Positions 15,058 through 28,290 are shown, counted from the first letter of the stretch. The stretch is DNA of 64,000 nt from Eledone cirrhosa (GCA_964016885.1 OZ024762.1:22816001-22880000), one strand, 5' to 3'. Notes: generated by a model from the letters alone, not told the origin. Translations and numbers: made by a program.

Positions 15058-15400
15058 TAGTTTAGAAAGCCACAACAATGCAGAGGGAAATCTCGAGGTA
15101 GGAAGTGAATGATATATAAGAGAAATAGGAGAAAGTGAAAATAGAGAGAGACAAACATTCCTGTTTTAACGACATCACAACTTTCTCCGCTTAGCCTGTT
15201 CCCCCCCTTTGGAACTTATCCCCCGTTGATGGGCGTGAGCCCGAAATATTGGGATTAAATCTCCACTACGGTAACCCTTCTACCTTTGTTTTGTTTTCAT
15301 CTTTGTCTCTCTCTATTTTCACTTTCTCCTATTTCTCTTATATATCATTCACTTCCTACCTCGAGATTTCCCCTCTGCATTGTTGTGGCTTTCTAAACTA
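15058..15400. mobile_element. fold-back element with ~98-bp near-perfect terminal inverted repeats, in (TA)n
   Basis: 15058-15155 is the reverse complement of 15302-15400 (one indel); spacer holds a degenerate HHR-like motif at 15218-15255 (TTGAT-GGGC GTGA GCCC-GAAA). Confidence 0.85.
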
Positions 15401-15480
15401 TATATATATATATATAAAATATTAAACAAATAATGAATAAAACAATGAAACAGTTCCTTATATTAAACAAAAAAAGTTCA

Positions 15481-15626
15481 TTATTTAACGATCGTTTCTA
15501 GGATATATATGTGTTAGAATTGGCATGCATATTCAACAGATCTATGTACAAAATTATACAAAATTATACAAACTATCAAGATTAAATATACATACCAACA
15601 CATATATACGCCGTCTTCAGAAATAA
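15481..15626 (-). ncRNA. type I hammerhead motif with long stem II
   Basis: Minus strand TTATTT-CTGAAGA-[..TATATATGTGTT ... AACACATATATA..]-GAAA-CGATCG-TT-AAATAA; perfect 6-bp stem I, palindromic stem III. Confidence 0.65.
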
Positions 15627-15686
15627 TATATATATATATATATATATATACATACATGAAAAATGGCGCGCTGTGTTGTTGCATTT

Positions 15687-16354
15687 ATAAATGAATTAGA
15701 AATAGAAGTTCGGATATCCGTCATCGGTGGTCTACTAGCCATCATATGTATGTCTTCGCATTACAGACCATATGCCTCCGGCTAGGGCGATACAATAACT
15801 AAAATAAGTTATTGGGATAAAAATTATTGGGTGGAGAAAGAGAGACATATAAACAAACACGAATGGGGAGGCATATACATAATTGAAACAAGACAGCTCG
15901 CCCTTTTTCATTCATATATGCTTTCCCCTTCGCTGTGACCTGTCTTTTTCTCTTCCCTTACTGCTATCCTCTTTCTCTCACGGCTAGCCACTTCCTCACA
16001 CTTTCACTCACTCTCTACTACTCACCCTCTCTCTCACTTCCTCCATTGTCCCACACCGTACGAGATTCTTTTCCTCGCTCACATCAGCACGGCCAAGATG
16101 TGTCTTTCGTCTTCTCGTCAATATTCGAACGTTCTTATGTTCGAACTGAATCATTGACTTGATTTTCTCATTTTTTTCCTCTCTTTACGTTGCCTCGCCA
16201 TTCATGTTTGTTTACCTGTCTCTCTTTCTCAACCCAACTCTTTTTTATGTCAATAACTTATTTTAGTTATTGTATCGCCCTAGCCGGAGGCTATGGTCTG
16301 TAATGCGAAGTCATACCTATGATAGCTAGTAACTTCTATTTCTAATTCTTCATT

Positions 16355-16357
<3 letters not shown>
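15687..16357. mobile_element. fold-back element with ~170-190-bp imperfect terminal inverted repeats, in (TA)n
   Basis: CTTCGCATTACAGACCATA..CCTCCGGCTAGGGCGATACAATAACTAAAATAAGTTATTG (15754-15823) is mirrored at about 16250-16310. Confidence 0.8.
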
Positions 16358-16397
<40 letters not shown>

Positions 16398-16492
16398 TAC
16401 GGACGCATTGCTATCTAGTATGTGTATGTATATATGTATGTGTGTGTATGTATGTGTATTTGCGTCACTTTATCACTATGGATGCACAGGTG

Positions 16493-16549
<57 letters not shown>

Positions 16550-17369
16550 TTGAACCTAATTTCAATATATCTGTTGTGTATACTTGCTTGAGTAAAGTCA
16601 CAGTATGTGCTCGCCTGTCTGCTAACACACATGTATGTGTGTACATATTTGCATACACATACATAATATGCATGCATATATACATTTACACACACACATA
16701 TATATACATACATACATTCACACACATATATACATACATACATTCACACACATATACATACACACACATATATATATACACACATATATATACATACATA
16801 CATTCACACATATATACATACATACATTCACACACATATACATACACACATATGTATACATACATATATACACACACACACACACACACGTGTGCGCGTG
16901 AGTGTTCATATTCAGTCGACATTCGTCAGGAAATGCTGGCAACGGATATGAGATTTCCCAGCAATATATTCGTACTTCAGTACAATATGTTACTGTAGTA
17001 GAACATGGCTGTATAGAAGATGGCTGATAGGGTGGATTGATGGAGTGGTGGTGGATGGGGGGAGAGTGGTGTGTGGTGGAACGGAGGAAAGGGTGGTGTG
17101 ATGGTGGAACGGGTGAGTTATGGTGGCAATGTGTGTGGTAACTATGGTGGTGAGATACTTTAATACCTTTGAAGAGGATGCGGTGTCGCTTTTGGCCGAT
17201 CTATTACTGGTGGTACTTTATATATATATACTTTATATATATATATATATATATATGACTCCAGTTCCCCAGTGAATTAACAACCCAACAAGGAACTGGG
17301 CATATCAGAGTATTGACAATATCATACACCTCAACAACATATGTACTTGTCTATACCATACTAATTCAA

Positions 17370-17424
17370 ACTGCCTGAAGAGGTCACAGCCAAAGATGGC
17401 TGTCACTGAAATATATATAGCAGT
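17370..17424 (+). ncRNA. minimal type I hammerhead ribozyme (PLE type)
   Basis: ACTGC-CTGAAGA-GGTCACAGCCA AAGA TGGCTGTCACT-GAAA-TATATA-TA-GCAGT, followed immediately by AATAAA (17425-17430); intact core and stems. Confidence 0.85.
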
Positions 17425-17504
17425 AATAAACGAAGCTAAATTTTAATCATTTGACTTTTATTTAACTTTATTTTATATATATATATGTATATATATATAC
17501 ATAT

Positions 17505-17885
17505 CGTGCGCAACTCCCCCCCACCTTATCTGCTCCAGGCCTCGCTCCCACATCACCAACACCACAACCTTCCAGGGTCCCAACGGCCACTCTCTTTCTC
17601 TCCGCCATGCCTTCCGCTGCACCAAACTCCAGCCTCGTTTATGGACTTCGCTGCGCGGAATGCAGCGCAATCCACGTCGGACAGACTGGACGTCGCCTGG
17701 CGGATCGATTTACGGAGCACCTCCGAGATATTCGTTTCGGCGCGAGTTGCCCCATCGCCCGCCACTTTGGTTCTCCTGGACATTCTGCCCACCACCTCAC
17801 CCTCTGTGGCCTGATCCAATACCATGGTAATCCCGCCAGCCGCCTCACGTCGAGCAACACATCATCTTCACCTTACAGACCCACA
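17505..17885 (+). pseudogene. Penelope-like element GIY-YIG endonuclease fragment
   Basis: TTTFQGPNG..AFRCT / NSSLVYGLRCAECSAIHVGQTGRRLADRFTEHLRDI..PIARHF / EQHIIFTLQT across frameshifts; CxxC plus GIY-YIG signature of PLEs. Confidence 0.9.
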
Positions 17886-18210
17886 TTTCTATATTAAATA
17901 TTTATACTCTGCTATGTACCACAGTACCTTATTGTGGTTACCTCCGATTGAGCCCGGGATAAACATATACACACACACATATATATGTATGTGCGTGTGT
18001 GCGTGTGTGCATGTATGCGTGCGTGCGGGTGCGTGTGTGGCGAGCAAAGGAGTACCTCTGCTTCGAAAAATCGGACGTATCTCTGGATCTTGCGATTTCA
18101 GTCAGGTTCGGTCATTGCATCGTTTGTGCCTGGAGCTGGTCGCCAGAGAAACGATTGTAATATGTCTAATAAATTTTAATTCGTCGCGCCACTGATTCTC
18201 CGTTTCTTAT

Positions 18211-18265
<55 letters not shown>

Positions 18266-18326
18266 CCCAGAAATAGCCGTCGAAACGGTTTGAGCTCTTA
18301 AACATTTCCCTATGCACATACACCTA

Positions 18327-18365
<39 letters not shown>

Positions 18366-18515
18366 TATATAATTCAAATATGTATATGCATAAAAGTATT
18401 TATATATAATGCCTGAATAAATACACGTGCTTTTTCTCAAAACAAATTGTTTGTTTCCTTTCTTTTCTCATTTCTTTTATTTCATTATTTCATCTTTTAT
18501 CGCTCATTCTATCAT

Positions 18516-18542
18516 TTGATGAAGCACAACTGCCCGAAACGT
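18516..18542 (+). ncRNA. degenerate hammerhead-like motif
   Basis: TTGATGA-AGCA CAAC TGCC-CGAAA-CG-TA; stem I not convincing. Confidence 0.4.
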
Positions 18543-18641
18543 AAAACACTTTTTCTACTATATCAGGCGTTAAACTAAGATATCTCTTCTTTGTCCTGTG
18601 TTGTTTCCGTTTAAATTTCGCATACACTCACGCACATATAT

Positions 18642-18765
18642 GTGCGCGGTGCGGTGGAGTGCGGTGCGGTGGAGTGCGGTGGAGTGCGGTGCGGTGCAGT
18701 GCAGTGCGGTACTGTGCGGTGCAGTGCGGTGCTGTGCGGTGCGGTGCAGTGCGGTGCGTGGCGTG
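18642..18765. repeat. (GCGGT/GCAGT)n pentanucleotide repeat
   Basis: Seen directly. Confidence 0.9.
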
Positions 18766-19789
18766 GTTCCAGAGAGAGAGATAGAGGGGTGGGAAGGACG
18801 AGAGAAAAATATAGGAAAAGAACAAAGCGTGTGTATTCCTTTGTCTGTTGCCTGTGACACAAACCAGTTTGTATATATTTACACACACACATTTGCATAC
18901 ACCCACATAAACACACACACACACATATATATATATACCCACATATAAACACACACACACTCATCTATACTTATACACCCACAAATACACGCATATAAAC
19001 ACACACACATATATATATATATACATACACCCACATACAAACATATATACATACATATATACACATACACCCAGATATGAACACATACATATACCTACAC
19101 ATAAACACACCTATATATATATACATACATACACCCACATATATATATACATATGTATACCCACACATATATACATACACACACACACATATATACATAC
19201 ACACACACACACATATATACATATATATATACATACACACATATCTACATACACCGACACATATATATATATATATACATACACCCACACCTAAACACAC
19301 ACATATATATATACATATGTATACCCCCCCCCACACACACACACACTCCATATATATCTGTACGCATTTGTGTATCGATATACTTAGAATTCAAGAAGCA
19401 ACCATTGCATCGTTTCCCTCACATCGATATATTTACCAAGAATATAATTGTATTCCTTATTCCTTTTTTTCTTCTTGGTTTAGCTCTGATTCTCCAGATC
19501 GAATTAAATGAGTTTAAGTGCGGGTTAATGAACCACTAACTAAGTGTAATTAACTTTCACAAACCGTACCAAACAAAATAGTGAATACTTCAAAATCGAT
19601 AATCTGCATGTAGATATATGGAAAGCTAAGAAATCAAGAATATCTTGTCTTTTCTTCAACTGAATCTAATTGTTTTTCGGCTTTCCTGTTTCGTGTTTCG
19701 TTATTCTTGTATTTCAGTTATTTCTATTTCGTCTCTTTGTCTTTCTGCTACTTATCTCTCATCTTTCTTTTATTCCGTCTGTTTGTCTT

Positions 19790-20115
19790 TTAACCATTCC
19801 GTCTGTTTTTTTTTCTTTTAACCATTCCGTCTGTTTGTCTTTTAACCATTCCGTCTTTTCGTCTTCTACTTATCTCTCGTCTTTTTTGATTTCATCTGTT
19901 ATCTTTTTACCGTTGCCTCTTTTGTCTTTTCACCATTCCGTCTGTTATCTTTTTAACCATACCGTCTGGTATCTTTTTAACCATTCCGTCTGGTTGTCTT
20001 TTTAACCATTCCGCCTGGTGTCTTTTTAACCATACCGTCTGGTTGTCTTTTTAACCATTCCGTCTGGTTGTCTTTTTAACCATTCCGTCTGGTGTCTTTT
20101 TAACTATTCCGCCTG
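19790..20115. repeat. ~25-bp minisatellite (TTTTAACCATTCCGTCTGGTTGTCT)
   Basis: About 10 units seen directly. Confidence 0.9.
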
Positions 20116-21228
20116 TTGTTTTTCGTCTTTTTACCATTTCTTCTTTCGTTTTTCCTTTTAAGTCTTTACATTCTATTATATATATATATATATATATTTT
20201 TTTTTCTCATTTCGCAGTTTGTCTTTTCTGTATTTCATTCTTGTACCCTATCTCGTCCTTTATTGGCATTTCATCTTTCGACATTTTTAGCATTTTGTTT
20301 TTCATAATTTATTCTACCTTATTTTTATAGTTTTTTTATGTATCGTTTTTCTTTAGTTTTGTGTTTTTATGTGTGTGTTTCTTTTGTATTTGTCAGTTTC
20401 GTTTTTCGTCATTTTGTACTTAGACCTTTTCGGTGTTTTTTCGTATTTCGTTTTTTGTTGTTACTTTCCTGCTAAGTATTCTGTCTTACATTTGTTTGTG
20501 TTTTGCTCGGCTTGGATCAAAGAAACGGTATTTGAACTCAGTTCAAAGCCGGATCAAAGCATCCTTTCCGAATTTTTAACATTTATTTCAGATATCTTTT
20601 TGTCTGACAGCTAATGTTAGCAGATATAAAGAAAACACAGACCCACACGCAAACAGAAATAGCTGCAAATACCCCCACACACATACATACATAAATGGGA
20701 CTGTAAAATATGTAAAACATTCCAAAAATCCTGCATCTGATAACTGTATGTACACATGTACACATCTACACATACAATAACATCCATACCTGCACACATA
20801 TGCATGTATGCAGACATACATATCTACCTAGTTGATGTTGTGTAAATTCCAATGAGATTCTTGTTTATGTTAGAAACAGATTCTCTCTCTATTGGTAAAC
20901 ATTTATAAAACCAGAAGAACATATATCCATACATACACATCAAATTCCAATGAAAGACTCTTGCGTCTATGTTAGAAAACGACTATTGGTAAACATTTAT
21001 ACAATTATAAAACAAAAAGAACATACATACGCGCAGACAGAGATACATAGATATATTACTTATAGACGGCGAAAATTATAAAACCAAAAGAACATACATA
21101 CATACGCGCAGACAGAGATACATACATATATTACTTATAGACGGCGAAAATTATAAAAACAGAAGAACATACATAGTGATTGCTTCATCTTTGCAGACGA
21201 TTCCTATCTCCCTATGCACCCCCCCCCC

Positions 21229-21670
21229 CCATCAACCATCACGAAACGTCCATCCATAGCCTCTTAAGTGGCTTTTAAGTCCAGCATTAGATTAATACAT
21301 TCATACAGACAGACAGACAAACAGCGCAGCTCTCTAGTTCGTTGGCTACAAATGGCTGCCATAGCTGACACCTTCAAAATTTGCAAAACATTCTTGCGAT
21401 TCACCCCCATCAACCATCACGAAACGTCCGTCCATAGCCTCTTAGGTGGCTTTTAAGTCCCGCATTAGATTAATACATAGATACATACATACATACAGAC
21501 AGACAAACAGCGCAGCTCTCTAGTTCATGGGCTACAAATGGCTGGCACTTTCAAAATTTGCAAAACATTCTTGCGATTCAAGGAATGACAATTTCTTTTC
21601 CTTTCTTTTACAACCTTGCCACCAGGAAGTTGGCCGATCAAAAGTGTACTCGAAATTAAGAGAATGCGAA
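21229..21670. mobile_element. unclassified dispersed repeat with ~179-bp internal tandem duplication
   Basis: CATCAACCATCACGAAACGTC..CAAAACATTCTTGCGATTCA occurs twice; reverse-complement relative at about 40855-41020. Confidence 0.65.
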
Positions 21671-21959
21671 ACACACACGGAGACGCCGAAAAGATGGAAG
21701 CTAAAGTTGACGTCAGCGGGATTTGAACTCAGAACGCAGTGAGGCGGTAAAAAAGGTAACGAGGCAATTAATCTGACGCCTTAGTGACTCTGCCAATTTG
21801 CTGGTTGGAGCAAAAGAAAGGTTAAGAACGACTGGCGTAGTGTTTCCTTCATTGAGTCGTATTTATTTGACTAGAAGTAGACCGCGACATATTTAGGTCC
21901 GTTTGTTTTGATTATTGAATATTAAATGGTCTTGATAGAAGATTAAGAGAATGAAGGAA

Positions 21960-22898
21960 GGAGAGGTAACGTAGACAAGAAGAAGGCGAGCAGGGGGGAG
22001 ATAGAGAGGCAGAGGGAGAGAGGGGGTGGATGGGAGAGAGAGAGAGGAAGAGGAGAAAGGAGAGAGAGAGGAGAGAGATATGAGAGAGAGGAGAGAGAAG
22101 GGGGATAGAGAGAGGAGAGAGAAAGGAGAGATGAGAGGAGAGAAAGGAGAGAGGAGAGGAGAGAGGAGAGGAGAGAGAGAGAGGGGAGAGAGAGAATAGA
22201 GAGAGAAGGGAGAGAGGAGAGAGAGAGAGGAGAGAGAGAGGGAGAGGGGAGAGAGGGAGAGGAGAGAGAGAGAGAGGAGAGAGAGAGAGAAGAGGAGAGA
22301 GGAGAGGAGAGGAGAGAGGGAGAGGGAGAGGAGAGAGGGAGAGGGGAGAGGAGAGAGAGAGGGAAAGGAGAGAGAGAGGGAGAGGAGAGAGAGAGGGAGA
22401 GGAGAGAGAGAGGACAGAGGGAGATGAGAGAGAGGAGAGGAAAAAGAGGAGAGAGAGAGAGAGGGTGAGAGGAGAGAATAGAGAGAAAGGAGAGAGGAGA
22501 GAGAGGAGAGAAAGGAGAGAGGAGAGAGAGGAGAGAGAGGAGAGAAAGGAGAGAGGAGAGAGAGGAGAGAGGAGAGAGGGAGAGAGAGAGGGGGAGAGGA
22601 GAGAGAGGAGAGAGGGAGAGGAGAGAGAGGAGAGAGGAGGAGGGAAAGGAGGGAGGGAGAGGAGAGAGGGAGAGGAGAGAGAGAGGAGAGAGAAAGGAGA
22701 GAGGAGAGATAGAGAGAGAGAGATGAGAGAGGAGAGGAGAGAGGAGAGAGGAGAGGAGAGAGGAGAGGAGAGGAGGGAGAGAGGGAGAGAGAGAGGAGAG
22801 AGGGAGAGAGAGAGGAGAGGGAGAGGAGAGAGAGAGGAGAGGGGAGGAGAGAGGAGAGGAGGGAGAGAGGAGAGAGAGGGAGAGGGAGAGAGAGAGAG

Positions 22899-22930
<32 letters not shown>

Positions 22931-23045
22931 GAGAGAGGGAGAGGAGAGAGAGGGAGAGAGAGGAGAGAGAGGGAGAGAGAGGAGAGAGAGGAGAGAGAGG
23001 AGAGAGAGGAGCGAAGGGAGATGAGAGAGAGAGAGAGAAGATGAC
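21960..23045. repeat. (GA/GGAGA)n polypurine tract
   Basis: About 1.1 kb of almost pure A/G. Confidence 0.97.
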
Positions 23046-23279
23046 AAGTAATTTCAATCCCACCATAAAGCTCAAACTATTTTAGTTCTGAGCTGTAAAT
23101 ACAAACAACAATGACAATAGCCAACAACAACAACGACACCACCACTACCACCACAACACCACCACCACGAACACCATAACACCACGAACACCATAACACC
23201 ACCACCACCACCATAACACCACCACCACCACAACACCACCACCATAACACCAACACCACCAACAACAGCACCACCAATA

Positions 23280-23550
23280 ATAATTGTTTCTACTTTTAGC
23301 ACAAGGCCAGCAACTACCTCAGTGCATTACTGGTACTTTTTTTTATCGACCCCGTAAGGATGAAAGGCAAAGTTAACCTCGGCGGGATTTGAACTCAGAT
23401 CATAAAAGAACGTGACTCTATACTTAAAGCATGGCGTCCGACCCTCGTCCGATTCCGCCAATCCACCGTCCTTAATAATTGCTTCTACTTTAGGCACAAG
23501 GCCAGCAATAACCCAGTACATTACTGGTACTTTATTTTATCGACCCCACT
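23280..23550 (-). mobile_element. main-family SINE plus adjacent partial copy
   Basis: Reverse complement of head, core and tail. Confidence 0.85.
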
Positions 23551-23920
23551 GATAATAAAAATAATTATAGAAGCTTCTTTGAAATTACAGTCGCCTGCCA
23601 CCACCTCCACCTCTTGAACATCATAACTTACATTAGGAAATGTCTATTTCAGGAAAAATATACCTCACTTTATATATATAGCTTTATATATATATATATA
23701 TATCACTTTATTATATATAGCTTTATATATATATATATATCACTTTATTATATATAGCTTTATATAGTGTATATATATATCACTTTATTATATATAGCTT
23801 TATATAGTGTATATATATATATCACTTTATTATATATAGCTTTATATAGTGTATATATATATATCACTTTATTATATATAGCTTTATATATATATATATA
23901 TATCACTTTATTATATATAG

Positions 23921-23997
<77 letters not shown>

Positions 23998-24624
23998 TTT
24001 ATATATATATAGCTTTATATAGTGTATATATATATATATATATATAGCTTCTCGCTACAACAATTTGTATACTTTTCATATATATATATATATGTGTGTG
24101 GTGTGTGGTGTGTGGTGTGTGGTGTGTGTGTGTGTGGTGTGTGGTGTGTGGTGTGTGTGTGTGTGGTGTGTGTGCGTATATATTTATATATATTTATTTA
24201 TATATATATATATATATTTCCGATATACAAGTATTTCCGATGTATTTATATTTATATATATATATATGTGTGTATATGTATTTATATATATATATATATA
24301 TATACACATACACACACACATACACATATATACACACACACACATACATACATAGCTTCTGTTTGTAATAGCTATAACGCTCTTTGTATATATTTGTAAA
24401 GGATTTTTTTTCTCTCTCTGTTAAAAATTCCAAGCCATACTTATTTGCATATTCCATTATATGGAAGAACAAACAGATATTCACTTGCATCAGAGAATTC
24501 TTTGTTTGGCTTTGCTTAAGCTTTTACGCAATTAAATATTAATTAACAATACTCCGTGTTTTCAAAGACTACGATAATGTTTTGCATTAGCAAAGTTAGC
24601 TAATGCAACTGACGAACGGAAGAG

Positions 24625-25319
24625 AGAGAAAGAAACGATTGGTGAAGGGGAAGGTGGTGGTGGTGGTGGTATAGGGTGGGTGGGATAGACAGAGGGTGGA
24701 AGAAAGCGAGAGGTTGGGAGACAGTGAGAGGATGGGAGAAAGCGAGAGGGTGGGAGACAGTGAGAGGATGGGAGAAAGCGAGAGGGTGGGTGGGAGAGAC
24801 AGATAGTGTGGGGAGAGAGGGGAGAGAGAGAAAGAGTGGGAGAGAAAGAGAGGGGGTAGAGAAAGAGGGGGGGGAGAGAAAGAGAGGGGAGAGAGAAAGA
24901 GAGAAAGAGAGGGTGGGTGGGAGAGAGAGGGTTGAGAAAGAGAAAGAGAGGGTGGGTGGGAGAGAGAGGGTTGGGAAAGAGAAAGAGAAAGGTTGGGAGA
25001 GAGAAAGAAAAAGGTTGGGAGAGAGAAAGAGAAAGGTTGAGAAAGAGAAAGGTTGGGAGAGAGAAAGGTTGGGAGAGAGAAAGAGGGTGGGGTGGTAGAG
25101 AGAAAGAGGGTGGGGTAGGAGAGAGAAAGAGGGTGGGGTGGTAGAGAGAAAGAGGATGGGGTGGGAGAGAGAAAGATGGTGGGGTGGGAGAGAGAAAGAG
25201 GAGAGAGAAAGAGGAGATTGAGAAAGAGAGAGACTAAATGATTGAGAAAGAGAGAGACTAAATGATTGAGAAAGAGAGAGACTAAATGATTGAGAGAAAC
25301 CAAGATGTATATAAATGAA

Positions 25320-25352
<33 letters not shown>

Positions 25353-25598
25353 TATAAATAACTATTCCTATATATATACAAACATATATATACATGTGTG
25401 TGTGTGTTTATATAAATATATATAAACAAAAATACACATACTTTAATATATATATACATACACACACATATATCATCAGATAGACGGAGGGAAAGAGAGT
25501 GGTGGAGAAAGAGAGAGGGTGGGGGGAGAGAGGGAGCAAGAAGAGAGGGGGAGAGAGGGAGCGAGAAGAGAGGGTTAGAGAGAGAGCGAGAAAGAGAA

Positions 25599-25642
<44 letters not shown>

Positions 25643-25660
25643 GGAGAGAGAGAATGGAAT
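24625..25660. repeat. purine-rich low-complexity tract and short minisatellites
   Basis: GAGGGTGGGAGA-type and GAGACTAAATGATTGAGAAAGA units seen directly. Confidence 0.9.
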
Positions 25661-26234
25661 GACACAACAAGGAAACAACAGGTTTTAAAACCTAACATTA
25701 AAAAAGAACGAATTGCAAAGATGGCTGCTGAAAACCGCAATAACTTACGTACAAGATGGAAACAAAATAGAAAGTGCTTTTATTTGGCGGTCTTATTGTA
25801 CACATTTTTAAAATCACTATTAGAAATATTAGAAATATGTTGATAACAATAGATATTAAAATTAATTATCAAAATTACATTCTTCTTCGATAGAATTCAA
25901 CTGTTCTTACAGAAACATTACTTCGATCTATCTATCAATCTATCTATCCATCAATCTATCTGTGTTTATATTTATTTGTTTATATATGTATATATATTCA
26001 TTTGTTTATATATGTATATATATGTATATATTTATTTGTTTATATATGTATATATTTATTTGTTTCTCTATGTATATATTCATTTGTTTATATATGTATA
26101 TATTTATTAGTTTATATATGTATATATTTATTTGTTTATATATGTATATATTTATTAGTTTATATATGTATATATTTATTTGTTTATATATGTATATATT
26201 TATTTGTTTATATATGTATATATTTATTTGTTTA

Positions 26235-26477
26235 TAAATGGAATAGAATGAAACAAAATTTCATTTCTCACTCTTAGTACGGCACTTACTTAAATGTATA
26301 GCTAACAAGCTTGAAACTAGTACATCGTTCCCGTGTCAGTGATGAACAAAAAGGTGACGTGGCTGCCTGAACACTGTACGGCGTAAATCAGGCTGTCCGT
26401 TTGTTTACAAACGAACAAAGCGAGCATTATAATAAATGTTCGGTAAACTGATACGTGCATATATATATGTGTGCCTG

Positions 26478-26527
<50 letters not shown>

Positions 26528-27055
26528 CTGCTGTACGTCTGTATACATATATGTATGTACGTATACATACATACTTACATTTAAGTAAGTGCCGTACTAA
26601 GAGTGAGAAATGAAATTTCGTTTCATTCTATTCAATTTATCGTTTTCGGTGCGCCTGGCCGACTGAACTCACTCGATATGCAAATTAGGCTGCTCAGCCG
26701 TTAATTTTCATAAGGAAAGTATATACTTTCGAACGTTCAATCATCTGGCAGAAAGGTATACGGTGCTGACGATAGCTAACAAGCTTGAAACTAGTACATC
26801 GTTCCTGTGTCAGTGTTGAACAAAAAGGTGACGTAGTTGCCTGAACACTGTACGGCGTAGATCAGGCTGTCTGTTTGTTTACAAACGAACAAAGCGAACA
26901 TTATAATCAATGTTCGGTAAACTGATACGTGCATATATATATATATATATATCCCACCCTTGCAAGCAGGGAAAAGCGGACGTAAAATGATGATGATATA
27001 TACATACTACTGTACGTCTGTATACATATATGTATGTACGTATACAACATACTTA
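26235..27055 (+). mobile_element. non-coding PLE/retrozyme-like element: partial tandem repeat plus inverted end
   Basis: 26298-26465 repeated at 26772-26940; 26520-26577 repeated at about 27000-27055; 26235-26297 inverted at 26577-26640; another family fragment at 51545-51650. Confidence 0.75.
26760..26802 (+). ncRNA. minimal type I hammerhead ribozyme
   Basis: ACGGTG-CTGACGA-T AGCT AACA AGCT T-GAAA-CTAG-TA-CATCGT; 6-bp stem I, palindromic CTAG stem III, GUA cleavage triplet. Confidence 0.85.
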
Positions 27056-28130
27056 TGTTTGTTTATATATGTATATATTTATATATATTCATTTGTTTAT
27101 ATATGTATATATTTATTTGCTTATATATTTATATATATTCATTTGTTTATATATGTATATATTTATATATATTCATTTGTTTATATATGTATATATTTAT
27201 ATATATTCATTTGTTTATATATGTATATATTTATTTGTTTATATATGTATATATTCATTTGTTTCTATATGTATATATTCATTTGTTTATATATGTATAT
27301 ATTTATATATATTCATTTGTTTATATATGTATATATTTATATATATTCATTTGTTTATATATGTATATATTTATATATATTCATTTGTTTATATATGTAT
27401 ATATTTATTTGTTTATATATGTATATATTCATTTGTTTCTATATGTATATATTCATTTGTTTATATATGTATATATTTATATATATTCATTTGTTTATAT
27501 ATGTATATATTTATATATATTCATTTGTTTATATATGTATATATTTATTTGTTTATATATGTATATATTGATATATATTCATTTGTTTATATATGTATAT
27601 ATTTATATATATTCATTTGTTTCTATATGTATATATTTATTTGTTTATATATGTATATATTCATTTGTTTCTATATGTATATATTTATTTGTTTCTATAT
27701 GTATATATTCATTTGTTTATGTATGTATATATTTATTTGTATATATATAAATATAAATGTTTGTGTGTGTATGCATGTATATATCTATGTTTATAAATGT
27801 TTGTGAATGTATGTATATATATATGTTTCTGTATGTATATGTGTGTGTGTGTGTATATATATTTCAAACATAACAATACCAAGTTCTAAACCCATAGATA
27901 TTGTTAGCAGCGGGAAAATCTCCACAAGCAAACAAGTGAGTGAGTGAGTGAGTATGTGTATGTGTGTGTATGTGCGCGTGTGTGTATGTGTGTGTGTATG
28001 TATATATATATATATATATAAATGAATTCTACAGGACTAGAACTGTTTCATTCGAAGGAAATCGTCAATACATTATGTGTGTATGTGTATGTGTCTATGT
28101 GTCTTAAACAACAGAATATAAGAATATAAA

Positions 28131-28290
28131 TATTCCATTACCCAAAGTTTCACGAAGTTAGACGACTTTAAGATAAACGTCTGATATCGATCATCAGAAG
28201 GAATCTTTAAATACAGATTCCTTCTGATGAACGATATCAGACGTCTCTGTTAGAATCGTCTAACTTCGTGAAATATTGGGTAATGGAATA
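28131..28290. ncRNA. ~160-bp palindrome with a hammerhead motif in each arm (28217-28289 +, 28132-28204 -)
   Basis: + arm ATTCCTT-CTGATGA-ACGA..TCGT-GAAA-TATTGGG-TA-ATGGAAT; - arm is the diverged mirror copy. Confidence 0.7.

Larger units (their letters stand above)
25960..27750. repeat. ~22-bp TA-rich minisatellite (TATATATGTATATATTTATTTGTT-like), split by the element at 26235-27055
   Basis: Same unit on both sides of the insertion. Confidence 0.9.

Noticed and set aside
17935-17965. AGCCCGGGATAAA twister-ribozyme-like string
   Set aside because: Lacks the upstream UAA/GCC and downstream GAGGG pseudoknot partners.
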